From NCBI RefSeq assembly GCF_021028975.2, contig NC_059429.1, forward strand, positions 100,688,001 through 100,752,000: DNA of 64,000 nt. The letters run 5' to 3'. Under the pieces are notes generated by a model, which saw only the letters and a list, made by a program, of their open reading frames with translations, was not told the origin of the DNA and made no database searches. Positions 51,425-63,728 of this stretch are shown here, piece after piece. The DNA is from Sphaerodactylus townsendi (taxonomy: Eukaryota). Each line of letters starts with the position of its first letter. The first letter of the stretch is position 1. A program made the position numbers and the translations under genes.

Positions 51425-52764
51425 TTATATCATACATATACAACAGAACATCAAAGTACACCCATAAATCAGGAGATCCCCAAGTAAACCCAACCAAAGA
51501 AGGAACAGAGGGTAGTCCAGGCACTTTCTGAAACGTTCGAATTAGCGGCGAGGGGGGGCGCATGGAGGTGTTCCGGCAACGGAGAAGACAAAGGGCTGAG
51601 TTGAGACAACACAGAAGGCAGAAAGCGTCGGGCCTGTGATGGGCGTCTTGGTCTTGAGGACCAGTAGAAAGCGAGGGTCCGTTTGAACTACAGCGGGTCA
51701 CCAGCGCAAAGACAGTTGAGTGATCACAGTTGACATTGACAAGCGCTTACACCGCCGCTCGAAGTCCGAGAATCCGGCTGCATCTGCAGAATCCTTGGCA
51801 TCTCGGGGAGGCGGCTCAGTCACCCGGGATCACCCCCCCTTTGGTACTTCTGGCGCCCGGGGTGGCTGTCAGCTGGCATGGCACGCTCTTCACATCTTGG
51901 CAACAGAAGTAGGTCAATGGCATCTTCGCCATGGCTCCCTGCGTCACCAGAGGCGGCCGGCATCGATCCCAGGTCGCGATCTCGCCCGAGGGGACATCCC
52001 AGCGCGGCGGGCATGAAGCAGCGAACTTCGGCTTGTCAGATCTAATGCCTGGAGCGGATCCCAATGCGGCAGACGCCAAAAGTCCATAATTTTTTATGAA
52101 AAGTGCCTGGACACCTCCCATGTAACTTGCTAAACAACGTTGCATAGGAAAAACACTTCGGTGAGAAACATACGGTATAGGGGTAAGCCGGCAAAGTAAG
52201 CGAAGGGAGGTGTCAGGGCGGGGCTGAAACCCTTAGGGCAAGAGCAAGCCTAAGCGTAGGTGAGCAGCGTCAATGGCGTGGCGTAAACAGGCTCCATGGT
52301 GTCTGGACCGCCACCACCAACAAGGGCTGGGCTATAGGAATCATGGGTATGCATAGCTAATTACAGGCGAAAAAATGAATTCACAACAGGGTTTCCCGGA
52401 TCCCAGACCGTTTCCAGCGGAGAGTGGCATAGGCCATGAGGGTGTCCAGTGGCGATGTAAGTAACGGTTTCCAATTGTGGTTTTTAATGGTGTCCACGTG
52501 TCTGTGAATATGCTACTTAGGAGGGCAAAACTTCCGGAGTTCCCAAGCTAGACATATGCAGTCTTCTTAGGAACCGTCATTGTCCCTGGTTTCACGTGCT
52601 GCCCTGCGCTTCCAGCACATTGCACAGTAGGACTGGTTTTTTAACTGTAAATATGTTGATATGTAAATATAGGCCAACTGTACATAGTTTTTGGGGAGTG
52701 ACCCTGCTAAGGTCCTCCCTTGCTGAGTAGTGAAAAGAAAAGCGAAACAGAGAGGAAAATCCAT
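51425..52764 (-). pseudogene. env: decayed env
   Basis: splice acceptor ctctgttttcag at 52859; gccATGG with hydrophobic leader; NQSYCAMC (CxxC); SY..L....GRC; AIDLLLLPRCEE ISD-like; C-terminal hydrophobic/Cys segment. Confidence 0.6.
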
Positions 52765-53569
52765 GGCGAGTGGTCTGAACCACAGCGGTCCAACCCAACC
52801 CGCCAGTGTGGTCCCTTCCTTCTTGTGGATGGTGCCGTCATGGTGGAAAAGGGCCAATCTGAAAACAGAGCTTGTAGAACTGGGCCAAAACAGAGTAGCC
52901 AGAAACAGAGTGGAAACTGAGCCCATGTGGCAAAATCGTCCAGTGCTGGTACAGTTTTCCTAACCCTTGCCCGAACAGAAAAATGCACCTAAGCAAAGAA
53001 ACAGCATAGCGTGAACTCCCTCCCCCCCTTTCATCCTAGTGATACCCTGAAACCAGCCCGTAGCCTTCCCCTTATGCGACTTTTTTGGCGGCAGTTGTGG
53101 CACTATTCCTAAGCGGCTTTATTGAATGCAAAACTCCGTTCGATCTGTTAAGCCCAACTGCGGCAGGAAGGGAGGCTTCACTCTATGGCAACCAAGAAGC
53201 TGAGGTGCGGGGTTTTGGCCGAGTCCGAGCACGTGTCAGCCTGAAAATCGCCTCCCAGCGGGGGACTCACAGCCACTAATCCCTTGTCTACAGAATTGGC
53301 TGGAGCCTCAGGACTGAAATTCTGCGTGTGCTCTGAGACTGCAGCGTTTCTAAGGGCGAAGAAGAAAAAAGCTGGCTGGTTGAAGAAAGCGGCTGGTTGG
53401 ATCTGAGACATTGCATCCATTTTAAAGCGTGGTCTGGATTCTCTCCACCCCCCTGAGGCAATGTCTCAGAAACAACACCAAAACCAGACCCACCGAACCA
53501 AGGCGTTGCAAAATCCCAAAAAGCCAGGGGACCCAACAAAATTAGGGGAGGCTAAGGGGCAGAAGGAGG

Positions 53570-54190
53570 CAGAAAGGAAGCGAAAAGCCAAGGCCACCTG
53601 CCCGCACCGCGTAGACCCGAGGAGGGCTGCAAATCGGCCCAAACCATGAGTGAAGAGGAAAACTGCGCCCGAGACGGCAGGGGCAGGGCTTCGGTGCATG
53701 AGGGCAGCGGGGCGGGGCAACAGAACCACGTGTCCCGGCTCTAAAATTCCCCTTAGCTGCCCGCGCTCACATGAAGACGGGGGCCAGGAGGCACCCGGGC
53801 AGAGCAGGAGGCATGGCGCCCCAGGTGTGGAGTCAGAAGGGGACCAGCAATGGCTGGCCGAGGGGACGGGCCAGCCCAAGGCAGCGAGAGGGACAGAGTT
53901 GTGGTCAAAAGCGGTCCGGGGAATCCCACACGCACAGCAGCCACCGTTCTACATGCTGTATAGCACAGCCCCGAGCAGCTATAAGCCTTTGCAGTGGGCC
54001 AGCGGGTATAAGAGGAGGAGGGATACAACATCATTCTCGAACCCAAAGGCGAAGCGCAGGTCAGGCCGCTGAAACTCCAGCGCTTACCGTTTGGAGTCGA
54101 GGAACACAGTCCGTGCAGCTAAGTAAGAGCTTGGACAAGCAGGGCACATCGGGAGCTGGGAGTCGGGTCTCCAGCCCGAAGGACTGATTC
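53570..54190 (-). pseudogene. heavily decayed integrase core/C-terminal remnant
   Basis: in order, across frameshifts: FGL, S(N)GK..E-like, LEPGHVVLL, WFGP(F)AALL. Confidence 0.45.
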
Positions 54191-54269
54191 AGTGATGGGG
54201 CCCATCAGGCCGGGGCCCGGCGGGGGCGAATTTCCCTCAATTCAGGTCCCAAAGTCAACGAGCAGCCAG

Positions 54270-54600
54270 AGTGGGGAAAATGAAAGGGGAGGCGTTCAAT
54301 TTGAGAGTAGTCGGCGGCCCAAAAAAAAGGGAGACGGGCAATCCTCCATGTTGAGGAAGGAATGCTTTCACGACCGCCACCGGGCAGCCGGAGACAGAAG
54401 TGGGGCGGTAGGGAACAAGCTGCAGCTTCGCCACTAGCACCCATGATACGCACCTCACTCCCCGTGCGTGGGAGCGGAAAGGTAGAATTCAGAACAGAGC
54501 AGGAGGCCCCAGTATCAACCAACATGGGAATAGAGGCTGCAAAACAGGAAAATCGGGTCAGAGGGGATAGGGGAGCGAGGCCATCAGGGGCGCCACAAGG
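54270..54600 (-). pseudogene. pro: retroviral aspartic protease
   Basis: MLVDTGASCSVLN (DTG at 54508-54516), flap IMGASG, decayed LGR..L motif. Confidence 0.85.
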
Positions 54601-55179
54601 CAATAAGCCCTCGGCGAAGGGCCGCAAAGGGTCTAGCATCAACTCCGATACAGGCATCGAATCTGCGTAGGTCTACCGGGCGGATGAATCGCAGGGACAA
54701 GGGGAGAAACAGGCTCAGGAAGAACATCTTGCACATGTTCAGAGGCATTGGGAGGGCCAGGCAGCTTGTGGAGGAAGCCAAACACGGGGCTAATTCCATG
54801 GTGTGAACACGGGTGGGAGAGAGATGCGTTAGAGCGAGGCTGACCTCCGAGGTTGGTGAGGGCTGAATGATCCCAACGACCCACCTCAGTGGCTCCAGAA
54901 TGGAACAGGGACTTCAGGGGCGGAGCTGGCGATCACCCCCCCCCCCAGCGCCAGGCGAGGTAAAGATTTGGCGATGGCTGACGGAGCTCACTGCTTGAGC
55001 CGCCCGCTGCTGATCTTCGTGGGGAACTTCGGAGGCGCAAGGGGCGCTTGTCAACCCGAGGGGAGAGCGGCAGTTAGATTCGAGCCCAAAGATCCCAGAG
55101 CCTGCCTGTTGCTCCGGTCTCCAGATCCGGGCACCCACTCAAACGGGGTTCCCGTGCCTGGAAAAATTACCGGGCTGTC

Positions 55180-57322
55180 CTAGCGGAGGTTTGGGGAGAT
55201 TGCGCCGGGGGGTTGAAATGCAGAGACTGGGGCCTGGCAGACTGAGGGTTGCGGTAACTGTTGCCACGCGTGGCTGGGGTTGGCGGCCTCCCGAAGCCAG
55301 CAGCGCTTACACTCGGCGCCAGTGGCCATGTTGGCTGCAATAACTGCACTGATCTCTATCCAAGGGGCATTGCGTGGAGCCGACGGCCGGGCTGCGGGAG
55401 AGCCCTTGGTAACCCGAGCTCCCACCAAAATCCCGGTTCCCACCCAGCGGCCGGCCCGTAGGCTCCCACCACCACCTCCTGCAATGAATTCTGAATCTGC
55501 TCTAAGGCGGGGTTGTTGGGGCATGTAATGAAGTCCTGGGAACATTCCCATAGGATGGCTGGGAAACCAGGGTCTCGGCCATTGCTCACAGCTGCTTGTG
55601 GGCTCCTACTAGCTGGCGGTGGCGGTTCTTCCTTAACCTTCTCCTTCGCATCCTGTGCCATCTCCTCCCGCTCAAATATACAGTATTGGCGTTTTCGGAG
55701 ATCAGCCCGGATCCTTAAGGGTATTATCCGGGATCCGATTCAACTTTTCTAATATCCGGGCACTCCACCGGCGAACACGCTTATTGATTAGGCGTGGTAG
55801 ACTGGGTCGGTGGGATCCACCCGTGTCCATTTCGACTTTTCGAACGAATCGCGTTCCATAAAGGCGCGTGGTGACTCATCCTTGTTCTGAGCTAGCTGGT
55901 GAAGTTTGGACAGATCATGGCGTGATGGAGGCGCCATTTCGAGAACCGAGATTATAAAGCGCCGATAATTCCCCAATTTATCCCGGTCTGCCTCTCTGTT
56001 CACATCCCACCCTGGGTCTAACTTCGGGAACACCTCAGCCAATGTGGCGAGTGCGGCTCCTTCCTGATGAAATTAAGTCTACATATTGGGTGGCTTCGAT
56101 TCTAGCCGCCTTGCATGGTAAAACCCTCTCCTCCCGGTCAAAGGAGTAAGTAACAGCTGCTGGATATCCTTGAAAATTGGGCAAGTGGAATTGTGAAAAT
56201 GGATTCTACCAGTTGGGTCAGGGCCAAAGGGATCAGCGATTAATACGGGGAGGCGACCTCTCCTTCCAATTATACAGGTCGAAGGCAGTAAAGGGAACAT
56301 GGACATAAAGAGAACGGGCTGCGGTCGGGGTCATTCCCATCTGAGTACGGATGGAGAACATGCCGCCGGCGCCGCCTCGCACCTTTGACTCAACCCCACT
56401 TAGGCGGTCGGGAGCGGCGTCGAGCCGGTAGCGGCTGCCATTCTCTGAAGCTTGTAGACGGCGTGGATGGGAAAGATGGGGTCTCAACCATCTCGGTGGA
56501 GAGGGAGGCACCCGACCGTGGGGAAGACCAGGTTGGAGCCAAACCCGGGAACTCCTGAGGGCAGACTGCATACTATGAACTTGGGAGGCCACTTAGGTCC
56601 AGCATCTGAGCCAAATGCGATTGTACTGGGGTCGATGGGAGGAAGTCCCGGGAGGAGCCTGAATTCGAATTGGGGATGAGGGGCCGGACTCTCTCCGGGG
56701 GGAAAGCTGAGTCACGTGAGCTGTGGAGCCAGAAGGAGGGCCATCCCCATCTGAGGAGGCGGAGGGCACCACTCGAAGGCCCGCTATCAGTCGCATCTTG
56801 AGGGGAAACGACAGCCTGCTGTCCAAATGCTGGAGGGTTTTCCGTTTCTAGCCACACTTTCCGGTGGGGGCTGAGGCCATGCTAGCTTACTGGGAAATCT
56901 AATAGATCATCTGGGGGGGAGGGCAGGATCTCCATGGGGGCTGCCCTAAAACTACTGACTCCTCGGTGGACGCCTGGCTCCACCACTAGCATGATTTTGG
57001 TTCCCTGAACGCAGGCATAACTCTTGGGATTTCTATAGACCTCCATAAAGGTCCTCTCCAGTGTCTTAGCCTGCTTCTTTAACCCAGTGCTCCTTAGGAC
57101 CTGATACAAATTCTGGAGGACTGGCCAGCTAAACGAGCCGTTACTGCCCAGAGGCCGGCCCGGACAAATTGTAATTGGTCCATTAGCCTGCACCACGACT
57201 CCAACTTTCTTCTTAGACACGGGGCTGCGACTGAGCTTATTCCAGTTATACAGGACGCAAGCCAACTGGGTGGATTCTGGGAGAGACTTGAGGCTTCCAT
57301 CCTTAGACCCACAGGCTCCCAT
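55180..57322 (-). pseudogene. gag: gag (MA-CA-NC), frameshifted in this assembly
   Basis: myristoylation-type start MGACGSK; CA motifs YVHVPFTAFDLYNWK, DIQQLLL, FPKLDPGWDVN, MHR QNKDESPRAFMER; single zinc knuckle LDRDQCSYCSQHGHW..EC at ~55308-55365. Confidence 0.9.
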
Positions 57323-57725
57323 TTTCTAACCAACTCTGCTCGCTAATTTCTGACCTGGGCTTCTGTTCCCGTCCTTCCCGGACCAAAACCCGTTTGCAAA
57401 ATTCCTGGGCCTAAGGACACGCTGGGTTTAAACCTGGCCTGGGTTCTTTCTTGTCCTTCGGACTAACCCTTAACGCCGAGGCCCTCCGTTCCCCTTCTTT
57501 ATGGCTCCCACGGAAAATTCTCTCTCTCTCTCTCTCTCTCTCTGGGATCTCCCGTCCCCTTTTTCGCCAGAGTCCGTCTCACCTGTCCTGCAGAGGGCGC
57601 CCACAACCTCCGACCAAACAGGTCCTCCGACCTCGAATCGCTGCAACCAGCGCCGTTCTCGGAACTGCACTCCGCCAGTCGGGTCGGTTCCTCGAAAACA
57701 ACCGGTTCTCCCGTAGGTTCAGGAA

Positions 57726-57743
57726 ATCCCGAGACGAGCCCCA
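57726..57743 (-). other. primer binding site, tRNA-Pro type
   Basis: TGGGGCTCGTCTCGGGAT vs MLV PBS-Pro TGGGGGCTCGTCCGGGAT. Confidence 0.85.
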
Positions 57744-57745
57744 AC

Positions 57746-58465
57746 TGTTACAGCTGCTCAGGGTAACACTTTCCTTGCTCTAGAGTATCCCGCTCACCGG
57801 CAGCCCAGGAACTCCAAGCAAGACCCGACAAGGCTTCGGATATATATAAAAGAGATTTATTGAGATGCTGACCTAAGTGTCAGCACCTCCCATCGCACAA
57901 ACACTGCGCTGCCCTAGCAGCCTTACAATCCTTAAGTACACTTTCTCCCGTCGGGAGCCCGGGAGAACCAAAGACAGCCCACCACCATTCAAAACAACCA
58001 ATCATACATTGCAACATGCAGGAACCAATCAATGTCCGATAGGCATTCCCTTCTCGAGTTTCGCGCCAGAGCAGGGCGAGGCGATGACGTGTCCACTGAC
58101 GGGGGACACACAAAGGTTTTCTCCAGGTGTCCGGGGTCAGGAGGCAGAGAGCGATGACGTGTTCCCCTTATCTGCCTGCTGATGGGATTAGGCAGGGCAA
58201 GGCGCCTCGACGGAGGTTTCCCTTTGTCCGCGTGCATCAAGAAACTTTACACGTGAATGGGATGGGTCCGGGTGAGGCAGAGATGGCTCTCTGCCTTGGG
58301 CCAAGGAGGTTCCATACAAACACAAGTACAGGGAAACTTACAAATCCTATTCTTATCTAATACAAACTAGTTTCTACCTAATAAATACAAAACAGAATAA
58401 ATCTTTCAAACGTTTTTAGTTCAGACACAGTCCAGGAGCGGGATTCTCTCCTGGCTCCGCTATCA
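57746..58465 (-). repeat. 5' LTR (720 bp)
   Basis: direct repeat of 50522-51258; abuts the PBS. Confidence 0.95.
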
Positions 58466-61400
58466 GTTGTAATGCAGAGCATGCAGCACTTAGAAGTCCT
58501 TTGTGTGCCTAGTTCAGTTCCAGTACAATCCTAAACTGAGCTCTATCAATAAACTTAGAAGGGCATAACTCCATTTAGGATCGAAGTGGCAGTTGTTAAA
58601 AGGGAAAGAAGGAACATTTTAATGACCACACAAAAAGACCACTGGGAACACTGACACTTCTGTTATACAGAATTAAAACGCAATGCTCTATTTCCAGCTT
58701 TCTTCTAGCTTTTCCAGGTGGTCTCAAAAAAGTCTCTTTCATATGCTCTCACAGGCTTCCAAACACAGAGTCTGACAGTGGAAACTTACTGGAGAAGGCA
58801 AGTCTAATTTTACTTAACTACCCTTGACTGTGTCCCTTTATCTTCATGGTCCAAGTGGTAAATTGATACCATTGCAGTGAGGCTCAGCCTGAGCTTTCCA
58901 TATTCCCAACTGCAGAGTCATGTCAAGCATTTGCCAATGTCAGTCTGAATTCCTTACAGTTGTTTTGATCTTTTCTTCTTTGGCTCCCTTAGGCTGCACT
59001 TTCTCTTCTAGTCTCTGCTTCAAAGAAAATGTCTCTCCATCTTATTCTTCAGTTTGCCAAAGTCTTCAGGTGCTTCAAGTAGGTTATTTCTGCCCCTAGG
59101 GGAGCTGTTTTGCTTCTCTTAAGGGCTCCAAAGGCCACTGAAGGGTGCCCTATTGTAAACCCATCTTTTCTCATCAAAGAGCCACATAAAGTGATGAGGC
59201 CCTGGGCAAGCCTTTCGATCACTGAGAAAGAAAATGTGACCTGCTCTGTATCAGTTGAAAGGATTGTTGGCAATCAGGTGTCAAGGACAAGCACATACAG
59301 CAGAATTTTGTAGCATAGAAACAAAAATTGGAGCGGGGGGGGGGGGGGCACACACAGCACAGTGTATGTGATGCAACTTTTGCCAGTGCAAGAGCATCAA
59401 AAATTCATAGGAAGATGCTAAGGAGATTTGGAGGTTGCATGCCATTATTTGCAAAGCAAAAATATATCATATTTCAATATCAAGGAATATGCATGGCTGC
59501 TGGCATCCACCTTTTAAAATCCTTAGGAGAGGTTTCACTTTTGGATTCCTTAAGTCTATGTTGTCAAGTCTGTTCAGGGAGTATTCCTGGGTGGGGTCTT
59601 AGGCTGGAGATGGGCAACAGTTTTTAAGAGTACAGCAAAGATATTTGTGCATGGGAAATAGATCAGTCACTCCTTTTGTCCTGCTGTCTTCAGTTGAAGA
59701 GGTTTTTCAGATTTTTGAAGCACTTAAAACCTTTGCAAAACATGTTTACTAGAAATGATTGGGATGAACATATACCATGAGCACACAAACACAAAGCCCA
59801 TTATATGTCTTATATCATTTATCCTTCCAGCAACCTATGAAGGAAGGTTAAGCCAAGAAATATTAATTTTCCCAAGACTGCCAGTTTCTGAGTGGAAGGT
59901 TAAAGATCCACCTCCTGAGTATAAATGCAACCCCTCCCCCTCCCCCCGAAAGTCATTGTGGTGTCCTGGTTAGTGTAGTCACAGACTAGAATCTGGGATA
60001 CCCAAGTTCATATCTTTATGTACAATGGAAGTTCACTACATGATCTTAGGTAAGTCACATAGTCTCAATCTAACCTACCTTACAATGCTGTTTTGATAGT
60101 AAAACTGGCGAGAGAATGGGGAAAGACAGGATATATATGAAATTAATAGATATTTTTGTCATTTTTACAAATTCATAGAAAGCAAAAATCATATTTCAAT
60201 GTTCAGAATTTGGTTCTGCAAGGAGAGGAAAGTTTGTCATGTTTTCAAGGGTATTTGTAACATCTATCCCATCTTGTCACATTGCTTTATTATAACTAAT
60301 CCTTTTTTGCCATTAATTTACTTCTCCCCCTTCTTTATATACAACATATTGTGCGGATGATCTCACAGAGCACTGAGTGAGCACTGCTATGCTCAGGAAG
60401 CTGTAATTGAAGCTCAGGAAATATTCTTCACCTGTTACACCTGTTGCTCGCTCTCACTACCTTATTGATTGTAATTCCTAGCTGATAGACTCTGAGTGGC
60501 ATTTCTTTCCAGCTGTCATAGGTAAACAGAGCCAGATGTTATTTTAAAAGCTTTGCATAGAACCAGTATGAGAATATGGGCATTAAAAATATAGACAAAA
60601 TAAGAACTCTTTAGGAACAGAGTTTAGGCCCCCAAAACTGAAAATTAAATCAATTAATGCAATACTTTTGGACAACCCTACATTATCCTTCTATTTTTGA
60701 AGTCAGGAGATAGCATACTTTGGAATCAACCATTTTAAACAGTTTCAACTCATGGGAATGTTGGGGCATTTCTTGCTCAGTCATATGGGAGAAATTCTGA
60801 GTAGCAAGAGTATGCTTCATACGAAATTGCTTGATCAAAAATTTTTGCTCATCCAACCATGGGAGAGCAGGTAGAGAGGAACTGCTTGCCAGGGCATATT
60901 GGTTGCGGGTTTGTACTGCACTCATATTTGCTGAAACAGTCATTGCTGAGTTAGAGGCAATGATTGAGACTTCTTCATTTAACACCTTGCTTCTTTAAGA
61001 GCTTCCTTTATATCAGCAACTCACTTTGCATCAGAGGAAAATATATGCAGAGGAAACATGCTGGGCCCATAACCTTTTATTGTATTGTAATGAATTAGCA
61101 GAGCAAATAATAGAGCAGAGATGCAAATGAGTTGGTTTGTAGAACTTTACTAGATAACAAATGAATTTGCACTAAATATAGGAACAGCAAACTCTGTCTA
61201 TGCAAGTGCTCAGTCTGGGTCTCTGTGCAGACTATTTGTGCCTGTGTGTCTATTTCTCTTCTTTTGCTGAAAGAAGCAGAGAGATCTTTCCAGAAGCTCA
61301 TGTGATTACAGGCATGTGACTTCAGCAGTAAACTTGTTTGATTGAATGTAAACTCCTAAAAATGTATTTAGATTAAACTGAGTGAACCATGGAAATTACA

Positions 61401-61542
61401 TACTCTGATAAAGGACTCATATAAAGACATACTTATTCTGATTTCTAGTAGTAATCATGACACTTGGGAATAAGAAGAAAAAATCAATTGATTATTTTAG
61501 ACAACATCTAAATATACAAATAAATTGCTATCTATCCATAGG

Positions 61543-61688
61543 NNNNNNNNNNNNNNNNNNNNNNNNNNNNNNNNNNNNNNNNNNNNNNNNNNNNNNNNNN
61601 NNNNNNNNNNNNNNNNNNNNNNNNNNNNNNNNNNNNNNNNNNNNNNNNNNNNNNNNNNNNNNNNNNNNNNNNNNNNNNNNNNNNNNNN
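61543..61688. other. assembly gap (N run)
   Basis: run of n. Confidence 1.
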
Positions 61689-62292
61689 TTACTAACTCAA
61701 CTGTCCTTAATACATATTGACAGTTATGTGAGTGTTTGATGTTAAACAGCTGGAAAATATGGGCTAAAGCAGTCAGTCAGTGGACATAATGAACCTGTCC
61801 AGAAGTGAATGTCTCTTGCTGATCTTCCCAGCATCCTTCATCAAATTGCCTTCTTAGTTTTTGTTTACTGGGTACTGTATTTAGTGAACATACAGTAAGA
61901 AACTGTCCCCTGAAGAAATTTAAATTCATTAGATGGAAGTTAGGGAATGCCTTTTTTGAATTATAGCAAAGCTACTTGGAATGACAAAAGGCAAGCTGTC
62001 AGCTACTATTGCATTAAGTACTGAGTAACTCCTGCATACAAGGGCAGATCATGACATGCTGAGGTCCTAAGCTATATCAAGTTTCAGAGGCCCCATAGCA
62101 TTACCAAAAACGGTAATTTAGCAATTCATAGTAATTAAAAATTTATTTGGAGGTCCCTCATAACTTAAGGTCCTAAATGATAATTTGTTTAACTTGTGTA
62201 CCAGCTCCAATTGCATGAGTAGCTCACACTTCTTCCTTCTTATATCAGACTAGTTTTTCATGTGTGTTGTGTGCGCCTTTCATCCTCTAGTC

Positions 62293-62440
62293 CAGGGGTC
62301 TGCAACCTGTGGCTCTCCAGATGTTCATGGACTACAATTCCCATCAGCCCCTGCCAGCATGGTCAATTGGCCATGCTGGCAGGGGTTGATGGGAATTGTA
62401 GTCCATGGACATCTGGAGAGCCGCAGGTTGTAGACCCCTG
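62293..62440. mobile_element. palindromic hAT MITE (same family as 27253)
   Basis: caggggtc...gacccctg ends; TSD ctctagtc/ccctagtc. Confidence 0.9.
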
Positions 62441-62903
62441 CCCTAGTCACATGAATCCACGGTTCTCCAATGAGAAGTCTAATTTGTTCCAGCAGATGGC
62501 AGCAAGCCCCATATTGATGGGTCAAAGTTTTATCTTTGGCTTGGAGATGTCTTATGAGAGCTGCAGCAACTGCCCTTGTCATGATAGCATCTATCAACAT
62601 AGGCAGCCATACAATTTTGAGACTTATGGGGAGAGATGAAGGAGAAGAGCCCAGTTTGCTGCACTGTTTCAAATACAAAGTGACTGACAAGATACGCAAA
62701 TACATGAGAGACAGCATTCTTCTTCTGCCTGCCAGAGTATTTCTGGCAGTGTTTGGATTCTAACAGCTGATTCAGAGTAGATCAAGCTGGTGCCACTATC
62801 TCCAAGAAGCTGAGGTGCCCTGCCTAAAAAAGTAAGCCATCGCAAGGAGCTATTTGTTGTTTTGTAAAGTGTCATGTATAAGATGATGATGGTGATTAAT
62901 TAA

Positions 62904-62987
62904 TTAATTGGGATTGGTGTTTGGTGCATCAGCTATATCACCGGCAGCAGGCAAACGAAGAAGCTGCTTGATACCTTCTTTCAATTT
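62904..62987 (-). other. candidate terminal exon of a minus-strand gene lying beyond the window
   Basis: pyrimidine tract + ttgcag, KLKEGIKQLLRLPAAGDIADAPNTNPN*; not recognised. Confidence 0.25.
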
Positions 62988-63044
62988 CTGCAAAGCATAT
63001 TAATGCAAAAATTTGGAGGAAAATGTCTGATCTACGGTTTTTAG

Positions 63045-63290
63045 TTCTGGTATGGCACCTATGCCAGTGGGGAGAGCAAACAGAATGGTGGGCAGGTGCT
63101 GCACAGCTTCATGGTGCCGGACCAAGAAGTGGCTGCCTCCCCCAAAAGCCATGCTGATATAATGGAGGACAGCAGTGTGACTGGGGCTGAGCTAGGGGCA
63201 TTCCCAGAAGTGGAGTCAGATTCCACAGGGGTTTTGGCCTGGGAATGTCCCTCTCCCCAGCCGCAGACTTGCACCATGGGAAATCGTGGT
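63045..63290 (+). other. candidate symmetric 246-nt exon, gene unidentified
   Basis: tttttag acceptor, GTAAGT donor, one fully open frame (FWYGTYASGESKQ...TMGNRG); next strong acceptor ttttttttcag at 63872. Confidence 0.3.
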
Positions 63291-63564
63291 GTAAGTCTGT
63301 TTTCTCTATGGGGCTATCTGGGTAGCAGGAGGGTTTTTGAATTTCCCTCCTCCCTGAAAGGCTCAAGAAACCATCCAGATGCACAAAATATATTTTCTAC
63401 ATGAAATAGTTGTTCTGTTGATATTCATGGATGGAAAACTCTCAAACAAGAAAGGAACATTGTTACTCACATGCTACATACTTCGTTGTTACTCACATGC
63501 CAGGCTACTTCTATTCAGATGCCCTCACCTATTGACCTTGCTACCTTTATTGTTACTCACAGGT

Positions 63565-63728
63565 ATATATCCTCGACTTGCTTTCCTTTCCTATTATCAG
63601 ATCCTCTGAAGATGCCAGCCAAAATACAGCCAAAATGTCAGGAGAGAATGCTGCTAGAACACGGCCATACAGCCCGGAAACCACACAGCACCCCAGTGAT
63701 TCCGGCCGTGAAAGTCTTCGACAATACA
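63565..63728 (+). mobile_element. Penelope-like terminal fragment
   Basis: cctCTGAAGAtgccagcc...ggccatacagcccggaaa...gattccggccgtgaaagtcttcgacaataca. Confidence 0.7.

Larger units (their letters stand above)
50522..58465 (-). mobile_element. gammaretrovirus-like endogenous provirus, pol-deleted (7944 bp)
   Basis: paired TG...CA LTRs, 4-bp TSD gttg (50518-50521, 58466-58469), PBS, PPT, gag/pro motifs. Confidence 0.95.

Noticed and set aside
51780-52030. Captured MHC class I alpha-3 domain in the ERV (C...G..P.EIATW)
   Set aside because: Needs several frameshifts, no alpha1/alpha2 motifs, and the surrounding CxxC, ISD-like and anchor motifs fit env better.
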